Shown here one piece after another: positions 9,268-19,412 of a DNA stretch of 64,000 nucleotides; position 1 is the stretch's first letter; the number at the start of each line of letters is the position of its first letter. The stretch comes from Candidatus Spongiisociaceae bacterium. Its GTDB lineage: Bacteria; Actinomycetota; Acidimicrobiia; Spongiisociales; Spongiisociaceae. The notes beneath the pieces are model-generated. The model searched no databases. It saw nothing but the letters and a program-made list of their open reading frames with translations, and was not told where the DNA came from. The stretch lies in NCBI GenBank assembly GCA_965219685.1, contig CBDCOH010000002.1, positions 1,632,001 to 1,696,000 of the forward strand, given 5' to 3'. The translations under genes were made by a program, and so were the position numbers.

Positions 9268-10011
9268 TCATGGTCCTCCGGTCACGTATAGAACCTGGCC
9301 GGTCACGTAACTGCTGGCTTCGCTCACCAGGAAGTCCACCACCGAAGCTACCTCCTCTGGTCGCCCGATCCTTCCCAGCGCGGCTTCGGCGGCTGCCGCT
9401 CCGGCGAACTCCTCCCAGGTGATGCGATCGCGTACGGCATGGTCTCGGGTCATCCTGGTGTCTATGAACCCGGGCGCCACGGCGTTGACGCGGATCCCCT
9501 CCGGGCCGAGTTCGAGAGCCAGGGAGCGTGTCAAGCCGATGATCCCGGCCTTGGCGGCGCCGTAGTTGGCGTGTCCGCCGATCCCGCGCGCAGCTATGGA
9601 CGCCGTAAGAACCACGCTCGCGGCCGGGGACCTCCGCAATGCGGGCAGAGCGGCCTGCACCACGGAGAACGACCCCGTCAGATGGACTTCGAGAACCGAG
9701 GACCACGCCGCCGGGGACATCTCGTCGAGTCCTGCACCGTCCATGTTGCCCGCCGCGGCCACCACCGCGTCCAGGCCTCCCAAGCTCGACACCAGCCGGT
9801 CGACGGTCTCCCCCACCGCTCCCACATCGGCCACGTCCACCACTCCGGCCTCGGCCGCCACACCCATGTGAACCAGTTCCTCCGCTACCCGCTCGGCCGG
9901 TCCCCGGTCACGGTCGATCACCCCGATCCCACGGAAGCTCCCGGCCAGTCTGCGGCACGTGGCGGCTCCTATCCCGCGGCCTCCCCCGGACACGATGGCG
10001 ACCCTACTCAT
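9268..10011 (-). CDS. SDR family oxidoreductase (FabG-like)
   Basis: MSRVAIVSGGGRGIG, NYGAAKAG, RVNAVAPGFIDT, GQVLYVTGG. Confidence 0.9.
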   Translation of the reverse strand: MSRVAIVSGGGRGIGAATCRRLAGSFRGIGVIDRDRGPAERVAEELVHMGVAAEAGVVDVADVGAVGETVDRLVSSLGGLDAVVAAAGNMDGAGLDEMSPAAWSSVLEVHLTGSFSVVQAALPALRRSPAASVVLTASIAARGIGGHANYGAAKAGIIGLTRSLALELGPEGIRVNAVAPGFIDTRMTRDHAVRDRITWEEFAGAAAAEAALGRIGRPEEVASVVDFLVSEASSYVTGQVLYVTGGP

Positions 10012-10294
10012 CGCAGGGACCACCCGCAGTCCACCACCAGCGTCTGGCCGGAGATCCATCGGGCCCGCTCGGACGCCAGGAACACCACCGCATCGACCAC
10101 ATCGTCGACGGCGCCATGTCCGAGCGGCATCGGGACCCCGGGCTGTTCCGCCGGGTTCCGTACAGGTTGGTGGGCACCGGTCCGCGCACAACCGCATCCA
10201 CCCGAACCCCGTCCGGGACGAGTTCGTAGGCGGCCGAGCGGATCGTCCGGGCGTCGATGACTCCCTCGGGCACGATGTCCCTCACCCCGGTCAT
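10008..10294 (-). pseudogene. truncated, frameshifted SDR C-terminal remnant
   Basis: RSAAYELVPDGVRVDAVVRGPVPT in one frame. After a shift near 10155 it continues PMPLGHGAVDDVVDAVVFLASERARWISGQTLVVDCGWSLR*, whose stop overlaps the next SDR start (ATGA). Confidence 0.75.
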
Positions 10295-10451
10295 CGCCTG
10301 ACCCGGCGGTCGCCGAGGTCTCCGGTCATCCACCCTCCCTCCGCTGGGCTCGTGCGGGCTACCGGGAGGTTACCGAACAACGACGACCCCGGCGGTTGAC
10401 CACCGTTGGTCTCGCGTCCTGGCACAACCGTCGCTCAGCCGGTTCGGGTGC

Positions 10452-12890
10452 TCAAACGAGGCCGAGAGATCTTGCGAGGAACGTTGCCATCTCGGCCCGG
10501 GTAACCCGTCGGGCGGGGCAGTACCGGAGCGGATACTCCTCGCACCCGGCGGTGATCCCGGCTGCGTAGAGGGCATCGATGTCCGCCTCGTGGTAGTTGC
10601 CATCGATGTCGCCGAATCCTGCAGGTAGCCCCGGCCCGAGATCGAAGGACCTCACCAGAAACGACGCCATCTGAGCCCGCGTGACCCGGGCCTCGGGGCA
10701 GAAGCGCAGCGGCCGGGTCGCGCACCCCGCGGTGATCTCTAGGGCCGCAAGGCGTTCGACGTAGGGCATCCACCACACGTCTTCGTCTACATCCTCGAAG
10801 ACCGTTCCGTCCACCGCGGTCGGTTCCCTTCCGTCGATCGCCCGCACGAGCCACACCGCCACGGTCCATCGCTCTATCGGCTCGTCGGGACAGATGCGGT
10901 AGTCGGCACATCCGGTATCGGCCAGGATTCCTCTCTCGGCGAGGGCTTCGAGCGCTCCCGCATGAACACTCCCCGTCGTGTCTATGAACGATTGGCAGCC
11001 GCCCACTCCCGCATCTCGCAAGTCTCCGAAGAGAGCCTCCAGAGACCGAAGGGAATGGGGCACGCACAGCCTGGTGCCGGAGAGACTCAGGTCGGTGAGC
11101 TTTGCCAAGTCGGAGATCCGGTCGGGAAGGCTGCCGCTCAAGTCGTTGCCGGAGAGGTCGAGCTTCCGGAGTTCGGCCAGCTGACCGATCTCTTCGGGTA
11201 TCGAACCCCTCAGACCGTTGCCGAACGGACCACCGAGGTCGATCCCGGTTACGCGCCCGGCGGCGTCCGTGTCCACACCGTGCCATTGGCCCAAGGGCGC
11301 GTCGGTCTTCCAGCGCCAGGTATTGAACCAGGCGTCTCCGCCTGTGACGTCGTACAACGCCAAGAGTGCCGCTCGGTCTCCCTCATGGACAGGAACGCCC
11401 GACGGGGCGGGACCGTAGGTGTAGTTGGCGGCGGCGTCCAGAAGCGTCCTGTGCAGGCGGCTGCAGCTTCCGAACAGAATGATGTCGGGTTTGTTCACGA
11501 TCATCGCAAATGTGAGCGTCTCGCCGTTGGCCGCCACGGTCGTGCCAGCCAGAGCCGTCACATGGTTCAACGTGCCTGTCTTGGCTCTCACCGTGAGGAG
11601 CCGATCGTCTCCGCCGGGACGCCGAGCCGGGGCACAGGTTCGCAATGTTCCCGTCTCGCCCGCCACGGACAGGCCCTCCACCAGCGGTGAACCCGGACCA
11701 GCCTCCAGCAGGAATCCGGCGACGGCCGCACACGTCAGACGGTTCGCGTAGGAGAGGCCCGAGCCGTCGGCGATCACCAGCCCGTCAGCAGTCGGCCCTA
11801 GCTTGTCGCGCAGGAACGCCTGAAGGCTTGCCGCCGCGGAGGCGCGGTCCGAGCCCCCGCTCCGGCGGCCTATCTCCTTGAGCAGCATCTCGGCGATGGT
11901 GTTGTCTGAGCGGGTCAGCATGCGCGCCAGGATCTCGGACAGTGGAGGCGACTCCACCGCTCCCAGCATCGTTCGTCGGCTCGGAACCGGGGCCATGCCC
12001 GCTCCGGGCCGCTGGGTGATCACCATTCCCCGCGCCTCGAGGAGGTCGTCGAATACCGAGGCTGCGTGCTGCGCCGGGTCTGCCGCTCGCACGTTTCGGT
12101 GGACAGCCGGGCCCGACACCGTCCAGGAGTAGGAGGAATACCCGCTGTTTAGAAGTAGGCCCGACAGCGGCCCGGCACTGTTCGAAGTCACGAAGGAGCG
12201 CTTCCATACAGGGTCTGCACCTTCGGATGTCAGCTCGCGGGAGTAGTCGCGCTGTTTGTCGGGGAACCAGGACTCGTCTCCCACCACCCGGCCTTCGATT
12301 CTCGTGACGCCGCCGGCCGCAAGCGTTGCAAACACCCGGTCAGCCAGGCTCGTGATGTCGGTGTGGGCGACAGGCTCCGGATACCGACCGGCGTAGCGCG
12401 GCGTGGACAGCACGGGATCGCCCTGACCGACGAGGTAAATGTCGCCTCTCAACACGCCGTCGGCTATCGACTCGAAGTCGTCGTCACGAGCAAACACTTC
12501 CGTGGAGAAGACATCGTCGGGGCGAATGATCTCGAGGGCGGCGGCGGCCGTGGCCACCTTCATCAAGGACGCGGGGGTGAGTGCCGTACCGGATCGAGAC
12601 TCGAAGATCGTCTCGCCGTCGAGCATGACCGAGAGACACATCGAGTCGGATGCCTCACGCAGAGTGAGCACGGTCGAGAACTCCTCCGCGAGACGGTCCC
12701 TCGCCTCCTGGACTGCCGATGTCGATCCATCCTGGGTCGCGCCGGACGCGGCGAGAGACGGTGCCGCAGGCACGAGGACCATCACCAGCGCGAGGATGGT
12801 CAGACATCTGACCGACCGATGCCCAGCGGTCAGTGTCCGCCGCCGTTCAGGACGGTCATCCAAGCGGCGGTCCGGACTCTTCTGAGCCAT
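10452..12890 (-). CDS. dacB: D-Ala-D-Ala carboxypeptidase/endopeptidase (peptidase S13) fused to a short LRR module and SLH-like domains
   Basis: Signal peptide, PASLMK, SDN, KTGTL. Then the LRR cap GDRAALLALYDVTGGDAW...GRV with about 2-3 LRRs, then CP..xTRAxMAxFL SLH-like repeats. Confidence 0.88.
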   Translation of the reverse strand: MAQKSPDRRLDDRPERRRTLTAGHRSVRCLTILALVMVLVPAAPSLAASGATQDGSTSAVQEARDRLAEEFSTVLTLREASDSMCLSVMLDGETIFESRSGTALTPASLMKVATAAAALEIIRPDDVFSTEVFARDDDFESIADGVLRGDIYLVGQGDPVLSTPRYAGRYPEPVAHTDITSLADRVFATLAAGGVTRIEGRVVGDESWFPDKQRDYSRELTSEGADPVWKRSFVTSNSAGPLSGLLLNSGYSSYSWTVSGPAVHRNVRAADPAQHAASVFDDLLEARGMVITQRPGAGMAPVPSRRTMLGAVESPPLSEILARMLTRSDNTIAEMLLKEIGRRSGGSDRASAAASLQAFLRDKLGPTADGLVIADGSGLSYANRLTCAAVAGFLLEAGPGSPLVEGLSVAGETGTLRTCAPARRPGGDDRLLTVRAKTGTLNHVTALAGTTVAANGETLTFAMIVNKPDIILFGSCSRLHRTLLDAAANYTYGPAPSGVPVHEGDRAALLALYDVTGGDAWFNTWRWKTDAPLGQWHGVDTDAAGRVTGIDLGGPFGNGLRGSIPEEIGQLAELRKLDLSGNDLSGSLPDRISDLAKLTDLSLSGTRLCVPHSLRSLEALFGDLRDAGVGGCQSFIDTTGSVHAGALEALAERGILADTGCADYRICPDEPIERWTVAVWLVRAIDGREPTAVDGTVFEDVDEDVWWMPYVERLAALEITAGCATRPLRFCPEARVTRAQMASFLVRSFDLGPGLPAGFGDIDGNYHEADIDALYAAGITAGCEEYPLRYCPARRVTRAEMATFLARSLGLV

Positions 12891-13047
12891 CCAAGGGAAG
12901 ACCTGGGGCTAGCCGGCAGCGTGACGAATGGCCTTCGTAGAGATCTTCATCTTCTTGCCCATTCGCCCCTCCCCCAACTCGGTCCTGCGCGGGTGACTGT
13001 AGCCCACCACCGACCGGTGCCGTGCTCAGCCCGAGGCGGGCAGAACC

Positions 13048-13155
13048 TCACTTGCGCCACAGCTTCTGGAGGATCGTCCATGCACCCAGCAGCATGACCG
13101 CGCACAGGACCGCTATGAACAGCCACACCAGGATCCCCAACACCCATCCAAGCAT
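13048..13155 (-). CDS. putative 35-aa single-pass membrane peptide
   Basis: MLGWVLGILVWLFIAVLCAVMLLGAWTILQKLWRK, with G-rich RBS-like AGAGGGGGGA upstream. Confidence 0.45.
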   Translation of the reverse strand: MLGWVLGILVWLFIAVLCAVMLLGAWTILQKLWRK

Positions 13156-13869
13156 CAGGCTGTCCCCCCTCTGGCCGACTTGGGTCGGCCCGGGGAGAGA
13201 GGTACAGGCCGGGCCGGAACCCGGTGGAACGAAACGCAGGCCATGGCCGCGACCATACTTCGCCCGCCCCGGTCGTGCGACACCAGGCACCGCCTTGCTG
13301 CCACATGACCCTGCAACCGCTTGGAGTATCTACATCACGCATCTATATGAGACGCTCCTTTCCCTGCATCAGATGAGTGGGAGAAGAAGGTGACGAGCGA
13401 GCCGCCGAGCAGAGGACGAGTGGTCGCGCTCCGTGCCGACGTACCGTACGAGAGTGGTCGGTCCCCATTTCGAGTCGAGCCGTCGCCGCTGGGATTAGCC
13501 GCTACGCTCCCCTCCCCCCCGGGAGGCTCTGGGCGGATCACCGGCCCGGCACACCGCCTAAAGGTCAACGACCGTAGCCGCCGCTCCTTGAAGTTGGCCG
13601 TGTCGGCCGGGTCCGAACCGATACAGAATGCGTCGGCACGCCCTCCCCGCAACGAGCACGTCGCCATCTGTGAAGATCCGGTGCATCGAACGACTCGACA
13701 GTGACGACACAGCTAGCCTTATCCCGGTTGGAACTAGCGAGGCGATATCGAAGGTATCGCTGGGTCGAGCCCAACGGGAGTTGTGAAACGTACTCTGGCT
13801 TGTGCGACTAATCAGTTTGCGTCAAGCACACCCTGACAGATCGGGAATTGAGGAGTGAGCGGAAGAGCC

Positions 13870-15273
13870 ATGTCCAGCTACGACTATGACTTGGTGGTCA
13901 TCGGATCCGGACCCGCTGGCCAGCGGGCGGCGATCCAAGCCTCGAAGCTGGGGAAGCGAGTTGTTGTGGTCGAGCGGGAACCGCAGGTCGGAGGTCTCAA
14001 CGTCACCGCGGGCACGGTCAGCAAGACCATGCGGGACGCCGCCCTGTACTTGACGGGCTACCGGGAACGTAACTTCTACGGCGAGTCGTACGCCGTGAAG
14101 GACAACATCACGATGAGTGACCTGATGGTGAGGACTCGCTACGTGATGCAGCAGCAGTCGGACATCCTGCGTAGCCATCTGGCGAAGAACCGGGTGGAAG
14201 TGATCATCGCGGAGGGGTCGTTCGTCGATCGCCACACCATCAACCTCTCCTCGCACGACGGCACCTCCAACCGCACGATCACCACCGACAAGGTCGTAAT
14301 CGCGGTGGGAACCTACTCCACCACCCCTCCCGTAGTGTACGCGGACGGCAGGATGATCTTCGTCAGTGACTACATTCTCGGCCTCGACAACCTGCCTCGC
14401 ACCTTGAGCATCGTCGGAGCCGGCGCGATCGGGCTGGAGTACTGCAGTACCTTCGCCGCACTGGGCATCCGGGTTACCCTCGTGGACCGCAACGATCGGC
14501 TTCTCACCTTCGCCGACGAGGAACTGGCCGACGCGCTGGCCTTCCACTTCCGGCAGAGAGGTGTGACGCTACGCCTCCGCGAAGTCGTCCACGACATCGA
14601 GTACCTGACCGATCAGCCGAGCCCTCGGGTGCGGGTCAAGCTCGACAGCGGCAAGCAGATCATCAGCGACTCGGTAATGTACTGCGTGGGGCGCACCGGC
14701 TCGACCGACGCGCTCAACCTGGCCGCTATCGGCTTGGAGGCCGACGGGCGAAGCCGGCTGAGCGTCGACGAACATTGCCAGACGAGTGTGGACGGCGTAT
14801 ACGCGGCCGGGGGTATCGTCGGCTTCCCAGATCTTGTCTCGACATCGCGGATGCAGGGCCGCTTGGCCGCCCGCCATGCCTTCGGGGCGCCGTGCGACAC
14901 CCAACACAACCTGTTGCCGTACACCATCAAGACGATTCCCGAAGTGGCGATGGTCGGCAAGACCGAAGCCCAGCTCACCGACGAGGGTATTCCCTACGAG
15001 ATCGGAAAGGCCCAGTACCGGGACACCGAGAGCAGCATGGTCAGGGGCGACGATGTCGGCTTCCTGAAACTGATCTTCAATCTCGAAACCAGGGAACTGC
15101 TCGGTGTCCACATCATCGGGGAGGAGGCCGCCGAACTGATCCACATCGGCCAGGCTGTCATCGCCCATGGCGGCACGATCGACTACTTCGTGGACGCCGT
15201 GATCGGCTATCCCACCTTGGCCGAGTGCTACACGACTGCGGCCCTCGACGGGATGACGAGGCTCGGACTGTGA
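13870..15273 (+). CDS. sthA: soluble pyridine nucleotide transhydrogenase
   Basis: YDYDLVVIGSGPAGQRAAIQASKLGK, GTVSKTMRDAALYLTGYRERNFYG, ELIHIGQAV, YPTLAECY. No redox disulfide pair. Confidence 0.88.
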   Translation: MSSYDYDLVVIGSGPAGQRAAIQASKLGKRVVVVEREPQVGGLNVTAGTVSKTMRDAALYLTGYRERNFYGESYAVKDNITMSDLMVRTRYVMQQQSDILRSHLAKNRVEVIIAEGSFVDRHTINLSSHDGTSNRTITTDKVVIAVGTYSTTPPVVYADGRMIFVSDYILGLDNLPRTLSIVGAGAIGLEYCSTFAALGIRVTLVDRNDRLLTFADEELADALAFHFRQRGVTLRLREVVHDIEYLTDQPSPRVRVKLDSGKQIISDSVMYCVGRTGSTDALNLAAIGLEADGRSRLSVDEHCQTSVDGVYAAGGIVGFPDLVSTSRMQGRLAARHAFGAPCDTQHNLLPYTIKTIPEVAMVGKTEAQLTDEGIPYEIGKAQYRDTESSMVRGDDVGFLKLIFNLETRELLGVHIIGEEAAELIHIGQAVIAHGGTIDYFVDAVIGYPTLAECYTTAALDGMTRLGL

Positions 15274-15412
15274 GTCCTACCCATCTGACTGCCACCAAGC
15301 GGCTGGGAGGGTGCTGAGGAACGAGGACCATGGTTGGCGTTCCGTCCGCTGAGTTGGGAGTTTGTAAGCGGCCGGAGGGGGCTTCTCCGCACCCCTTCGA
15401 CGATGCCGTGAA

Positions 15413-15832
15413 TCAGCTGATCACTCCCGCTACTACTAGGTAGACGGCAAGTACGGTGAGCAGTACCACTCCATGGAACACTGCGAGGGAGCGAGAGAAG
15501 GTAGACGACAGCCATGTGGCCGCAGACTCTTGCTGACGGACAACCGCGACATCCATCGAGTAGTCCACGAGTCTTTCGTCCAGTTCACTAACGTGATCGT
15601 ATAGGGCTCGGAACGACCGATCCAGCCGGAGAAAGTGACCGTCGAGTCCCCAGAACACCAGGACCGGTAGGAGGGCAACCAGCAGAATCATCTTCTCGGA
15701 ACTAGCGGCACCCGACACCAGCAACGCCGAGACCAACAGAACGCTCCACCCCTTCAACAGGATCGAGTTCTGTCCGAGCCGAGACACCACGCCTTGGATC
15801 ATGGCGAGATGGGCTTCCTTCTTGGCCGTCAT
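15413..15832 (-). CDS. conserved hypothetical 3-TM membrane protein, possible defence-associated effector
   Basis: HLAMIQGVVSRLGQNSILLKGWSV...FWGLDGHFLRLDRSFRALYD, a family I recall beside TIR-like genes. Confidence 0.7.
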   Translation of the reverse strand: MTAKKEAHLAMIQGVVSRLGQNSILLKGWSVLLVSALLVSGAASSEKMILLVALLPVLVFWGLDGHFLRLDRSFRALYDHVSELDERLVDYSMDVAVVRQQESAATWLSSTFSRSLAVFHGVVLLTVLAVYLVVAGVIS

Positions 15833-15919
15833 AATGACGGGGATCCTACTACCCGCACGTTATTGCTCTCATTGGCCGGCCACCGTCGGGCGCTGGTCGC
15901 AGTCCCGTCAGCTTCTGCT

Positions 15920-16372
15920 CAGGAAGGAACCTACAGGGCGAACTCCTCGGGGTCACGGCTCACCATGTCGTAGCCCTCGTTGTTGTGAGGCATCTCCTGT
16001 GGCTCCCGATCGAGAGACCGCTCGGTTTCCAGGACAGCGTCAACCGCCCTGCGATCCACCTCTGCCGCGTCTCGAGCGAGGAAGGTAGGGGCCCCGCGTG
16101 TCGTGGTCAGGTAAGGCGGTCCAGCAGTCCCTGGGACACCACGATCGCGCCTCCCACTATGTCGGGCGGTCGGTTCGAGATTTGGAGTTCGCGGTCGAGT
16201 TCGAGATTCCGTTGCTCCAACCTCGCCGCCAGTTCGTCGGCGAAGTTCCGAGCGTGTGCGGCCGTGAAACCGCCTTTCGGGCGGTTCCCCTGGCCTGTCT
16301 CGCCTTGGCCTTGAACTGGTACGCGTCCCAGTAGCGGATCCGGGCTGGCACGCGGTGTTCCACGGCCACGTA
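15920..16372 (-). pseudogene. decayed C-terminus of an SNF2-type helicase/DUF3883 protein
   Basis: Three frames give consecutive pieces: AVEHRVPARIRYWD; ADELAARLEQRNLELDRELQISNRPPDIVGGAIVVSQGLL; VDRRAVDAVLETERSLDREPQEMPHNNEGYDMVSRDP. Confidence 0.7.
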
Positions 16373-16394
16373 GGGGTCGGAACAGGTGAGCCGA

Positions 16395-17077
16395 CTTGAT
16401 GCGGCGGGCCTCCGACGCCAGCTTGATTAGCCATTCTCGTGATGAGGAACGGCATCGTACGACAGGCAACGAACCGGGCTCTGAAAGTCGATGAGTTCCG
16501 GGGATTCTCGATCACCGACCCGATGGCGCCGGTCATATTCATGAACGACGCTGATAGCAACGCGGCCCAGGTATTCACACTGGCTCATGAGCTGGCTGAC
16601 GTCTGGATCGCCGAGGGTGGAGTGTCCGATGCGGACTTGACCGTGATGCGTAGAGACCGAGATGACGTCGAAGCGTCTTGTAACGAAGCAGCCGGGGAGT
16701 TGCTGCTTCCGTGGTCGCAGCTGAGACAGCCGTGGAGCACGCGGTCCGTGTCGAAAACCCGATTGGTGCGGTCCATATCCAGGAGATTCCACCTCTCGAC
16801 CGTAATGGTCGCCCGTCAGCTCTGGACGCACGGCGCTATCGACAGGGGACGAGTTCTTCGAACAATACGAAGCTGAACGGGAGAACTGGTTACCCAGCCA
16901 GGGAACAAACTCGGGCGGCGACCACTACCGGATGGTGCCCATACGCAACAGCCGACTCCTGACCGAGACGCTTCTCGAGAGCGCGGCCGCTGCAGAGACT
17001 TGATCCGTGATGCGTCCCGGATGCTCGGAGTCAAGCCCGGAAGGCTCCCGAAGCTGCGTGAGGCGATACGCGCGTAG
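16395..17077 (+). pseudogene. ImmA/IrrE-family metallopeptidase pseudogene
   Basis: EFRGFSITDPMAPVIFMN..DS.AAQVFTLAHELAD (HExxH broken); no N-terminal HTH. Frameshifts near 16847 and 17000 restore DEFFEQY...GGDHYR...IRDASRMLGVK...*. Confidence 0.78.
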
Positions 17078-17128
17078 TGCTGCGGCAGAGTACGGCCCAT
17101 ACGTCGTCAGCGGGGCTGCCCGGAGCTA

Positions 17129-17932
17129 TCAACCCTTCTTGGCTGCTTTCGTGTAGCGGCGGACGGCCAGGGGCGCGAAGACCGCGATGATGATCCCCGC
17201 CCATATGATCGTGTAGAGGACCGCGTTCTGTAGGGGCCAGGCGGTCGGTTCCGGGGTTCCGGGTGGGATGTTGCCGAATAGGGTCCGGGTGGCGTGGGCG
17301 ACGGAGGAGACCGGGTTCCACTCCGCGAACACCCTGAGGACGGTCGGGAAGTTCTCCGACGGCACGAACGTGTTCGCGATGAACGTGATCGGGAAGATCA
17401 CCATGAAGGAAGCGTTGTTGACCACCTCCGGGCTGGGAACCGAGAGCCCTACCAGCGCCATCATCCAGGAGACTGCGTAGGAGAACAGCAGCAGGAGGCC
17501 GAAACCCGCCAGCGCGTCGATGAGGCTGCCCCGAATCCGCCAGCCGACCACCAGACCGGTGAGGGCCATGATTAGGAGGGACAGAAGGTTGTAGATCACG
17601 TCGCTGGCGGTGCGGCCCATCACCACGGCCGCCCTGGACATGGGCAACGAGCGGAAACGGTCGATGATCCCCTTCTGCATGTCCTCGGCGAGCCCTGCTC
17701 CGGTGAACGTCGCCCCGAAGATCACGGTCTGGGCGAATATCCCCGCCATCAGGAACTCGCGGTAGGAACCACCGGCGATTGGGATGGCGCTCCCGAACAC
17801 GTACGCGAACAGCAGCACGAACATGATCGGGGACAGAAGGACGAACACCAGCACCTCGGGCACCCGCTTGATCTTGATGATGTTGCGCCGGGCTATCACC
17901 AGACCGTCGCTGATGGCATACAGAGTGTTCAC
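17129..17932 (-). CDS. ABC-2 type exporter permease (DrrB-like)
   Basis: LLSPIMFVLLFAYVFG, GIIDRFRSLPMSR, AEWNPVS. Confidence 0.9.
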   Translation of the reverse strand: MNTLYAISDGLVIARRNIIKIKRVPEVLVFVLLSPIMFVLLFAYVFGSAIPIAGGSYREFLMAGIFAQTVIFGATFTGAGLAEDMQKGIIDRFRSLPMSRAAVVMGRTASDVIYNLLSLLIMALTGLVVGWRIRGSLIDALAGFGLLLLFSYAVSWMMALVGLSVPSPEVVNNASFMVIFPITFIANTFVPSENFPTVLRVFAEWNPVSSVAHATRTLFGNIPPGTPEPTAWPLQNAVLYTIIWAGIIIAVFAPLAVRRYTKAAKKG

Positions 17933-18921
17933 GCCTGTCCCCTCTTCCTCGTGGTTGCCTTCTCGGAGCGGTCCTCCTCCGGCTCGGTCGCGTGTCCGGT
18001 GAGCGCCAGGAAGACGTCATCCAGAGTGGGACGTCTCAGCACGACATCGGTCACCTCGACGTCTTCGGCCTCGAGATCGGCCAGTACGCGGGCCAGTACC
18101 CTTGCGCCTCCCGTGATCGGCGCCACCACCACCCGGGGCCGCTCGTCATCGTGTAGCTCTCCGACCGCCACCCGGCCCAGCACCTCACGGGCTGCCGGGA
18201 CCTTCTCGGACACCTTCACCTTGACCTCTATGCGTTGCCCGCCCACCAGGTCCTTCAGATCGTCCGTGGTTCCCTGGGCGATCGCCTTGCCGTTATCTAT
18301 GACGAGAACATCATCCGCCAGCCGATCGGCCTCCTCCAGGTACTGGGTGGTGAGCAGAAGGGTGGATCCTCGCTTCACGAGGTCGCGGATGATCCTCCAC
18401 AGCTCCCGGCGGCTGGGAAGATCGAGACCGGTGGTCGGCTCGTCGAGGAAGAGCACGGGAGACTCGGCCACCAGCGCACCCGCCAGGTCCAACCGGCGGC
18501 GCATACCCCCTGAGTAGGTCTTGACGGAGCGGTCGGCGGCATCGGTCAGATCGAAGCGTTCGAGCAGCTCGCGGGCCCTCGTCCTGGCCTTCTTGCGGCC
18601 CAGCCTGTAGAGGCGACCGATCATGTCGAGGTTCTCGAAACCGCTCAGATGCTCGTCCACGGCCGCGTACTGGCCGGACAACCCGATCAGCTTGCGTACC
18701 TCCGCCGGCTCGGCAAGCACGTCCACCCCGGCGACGGTTGCGGTTCCGTCGTCCGGTTCGATAAGCGTGGTGAGGATCGAGACGGCGGTGGTCTTGCCCG
18801 CCCCGTTCGGTCCGAGCAGAGCAACGACGGTGCCTTCCCGAACCGACAGGTCGAGACCGTCCAGTGCGACCACCTCGCCGTACCGCTTGACGAGGCCCGT
18901 GGCCTCGATGATGTTCTGCAT
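17929..18921 (-). CDS. ABC exporter ATP-binding protein (DrrA-like)
   Basis: GPNGAGKT, YSGGMRRR, FLDEPTTGLD, TTQYLEEAD, PTLDDVFL. Confidence 0.93.
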   Translation of the reverse strand: MQNIIEATGLVKRYGEVVALDGLDLSVREGTVVALLGPNGAGKTTAVSILTTLIEPDDGTATVAGVDVLAEPAEVRKLIGLSGQYAAVDEHLSGFENLDMIGRLYRLGRKKARTRARELLERFDLTDAADRSVKTYSGGMRRRLDLAGALVAESPVLFLDEPTTGLDLPSRRELWRIIRDLVKRGSTLLLTTQYLEEADRLADDVLVIDNGKAIAQGTTDDLKDLVGGQRIEVKVKVSEKVPAAREVLGRVAVGELHDDERPRVVVAPITGGARVLARVLADLEAEDVEVTDVVLRRPTLDDVFLALTGHATEPEEDRSEKATTRKRGQA

Positions 18922-19185
18922 GGTCTACCAATCTCGCCGGCTGTCTGCGCGGACCGACCCGCGCCAACTTCACATCTCCCCCGAACGTGCCTCCGGGGAT
19001 CCTTAAATGACCCAACCGAGTCATGAGCATAACCGACCTGTAGGACTAGTCGTCCGACGGCTCGCTCCCGCCGTTGCTCGTCAAACAACACACCGTCTCG
19101 GAGTCCACTCTGGCCATCGGATCTCCCCTCGTCTTGGTTCTTGCGGGCATCGTCGGGTTGCCTATGCACCCTTGTCAACTACTGG

Positions 19186-19203
19186 CTAGTCTCGATAGAC
19201 TAG
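19186..19203. promoter_or_regulatory. palindrome CTAGTCT-N4-AGACTAG, candidate autoregulatory operator of the hicAB module
   Basis: Perfect 7-bp arms ending 6 nt before the hicA-like GTG start. Confidence 0.6.
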
Positions 19204-19209
19204 AACTTC

Positions 19210-19412
19210 GTGAGAAGAGCTGTGCTGCTGACCAGGCTCCGGAGGATCGCAAAAGAAAACGGCGTGGAGATGAGGTTGGTGAGGCAAGGCAGACACGAAG
19301 TATGGGAATGTGGTGGATTCAGGTTTCCGATCCCGCGCCACCGGGAGATCAACGAATACACCGCCCGCAACATCATCAAGACCTTCGCAAACGTCTGGAG
19401 ACGAGTTCATGA
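19210..19412 (+). CDS. hicA: HicA-like toxin with an apparent 3' frameshift (as sequenced it reads through to 19719)
   Basis: LVRQGRHEVW...IPRHREINEYTARNII. The expected ATGA-coupled stop at 19410-19412 is one base out of frame. Confidence 0.72.

Noticed and set aside
13160-13850. Several short ORFs and a possible Rex box (TTGTGAA) upstream of sthA
   Set aside because: No recognisable protein motifs, and only a half-site with no matching TTCACAA arm.
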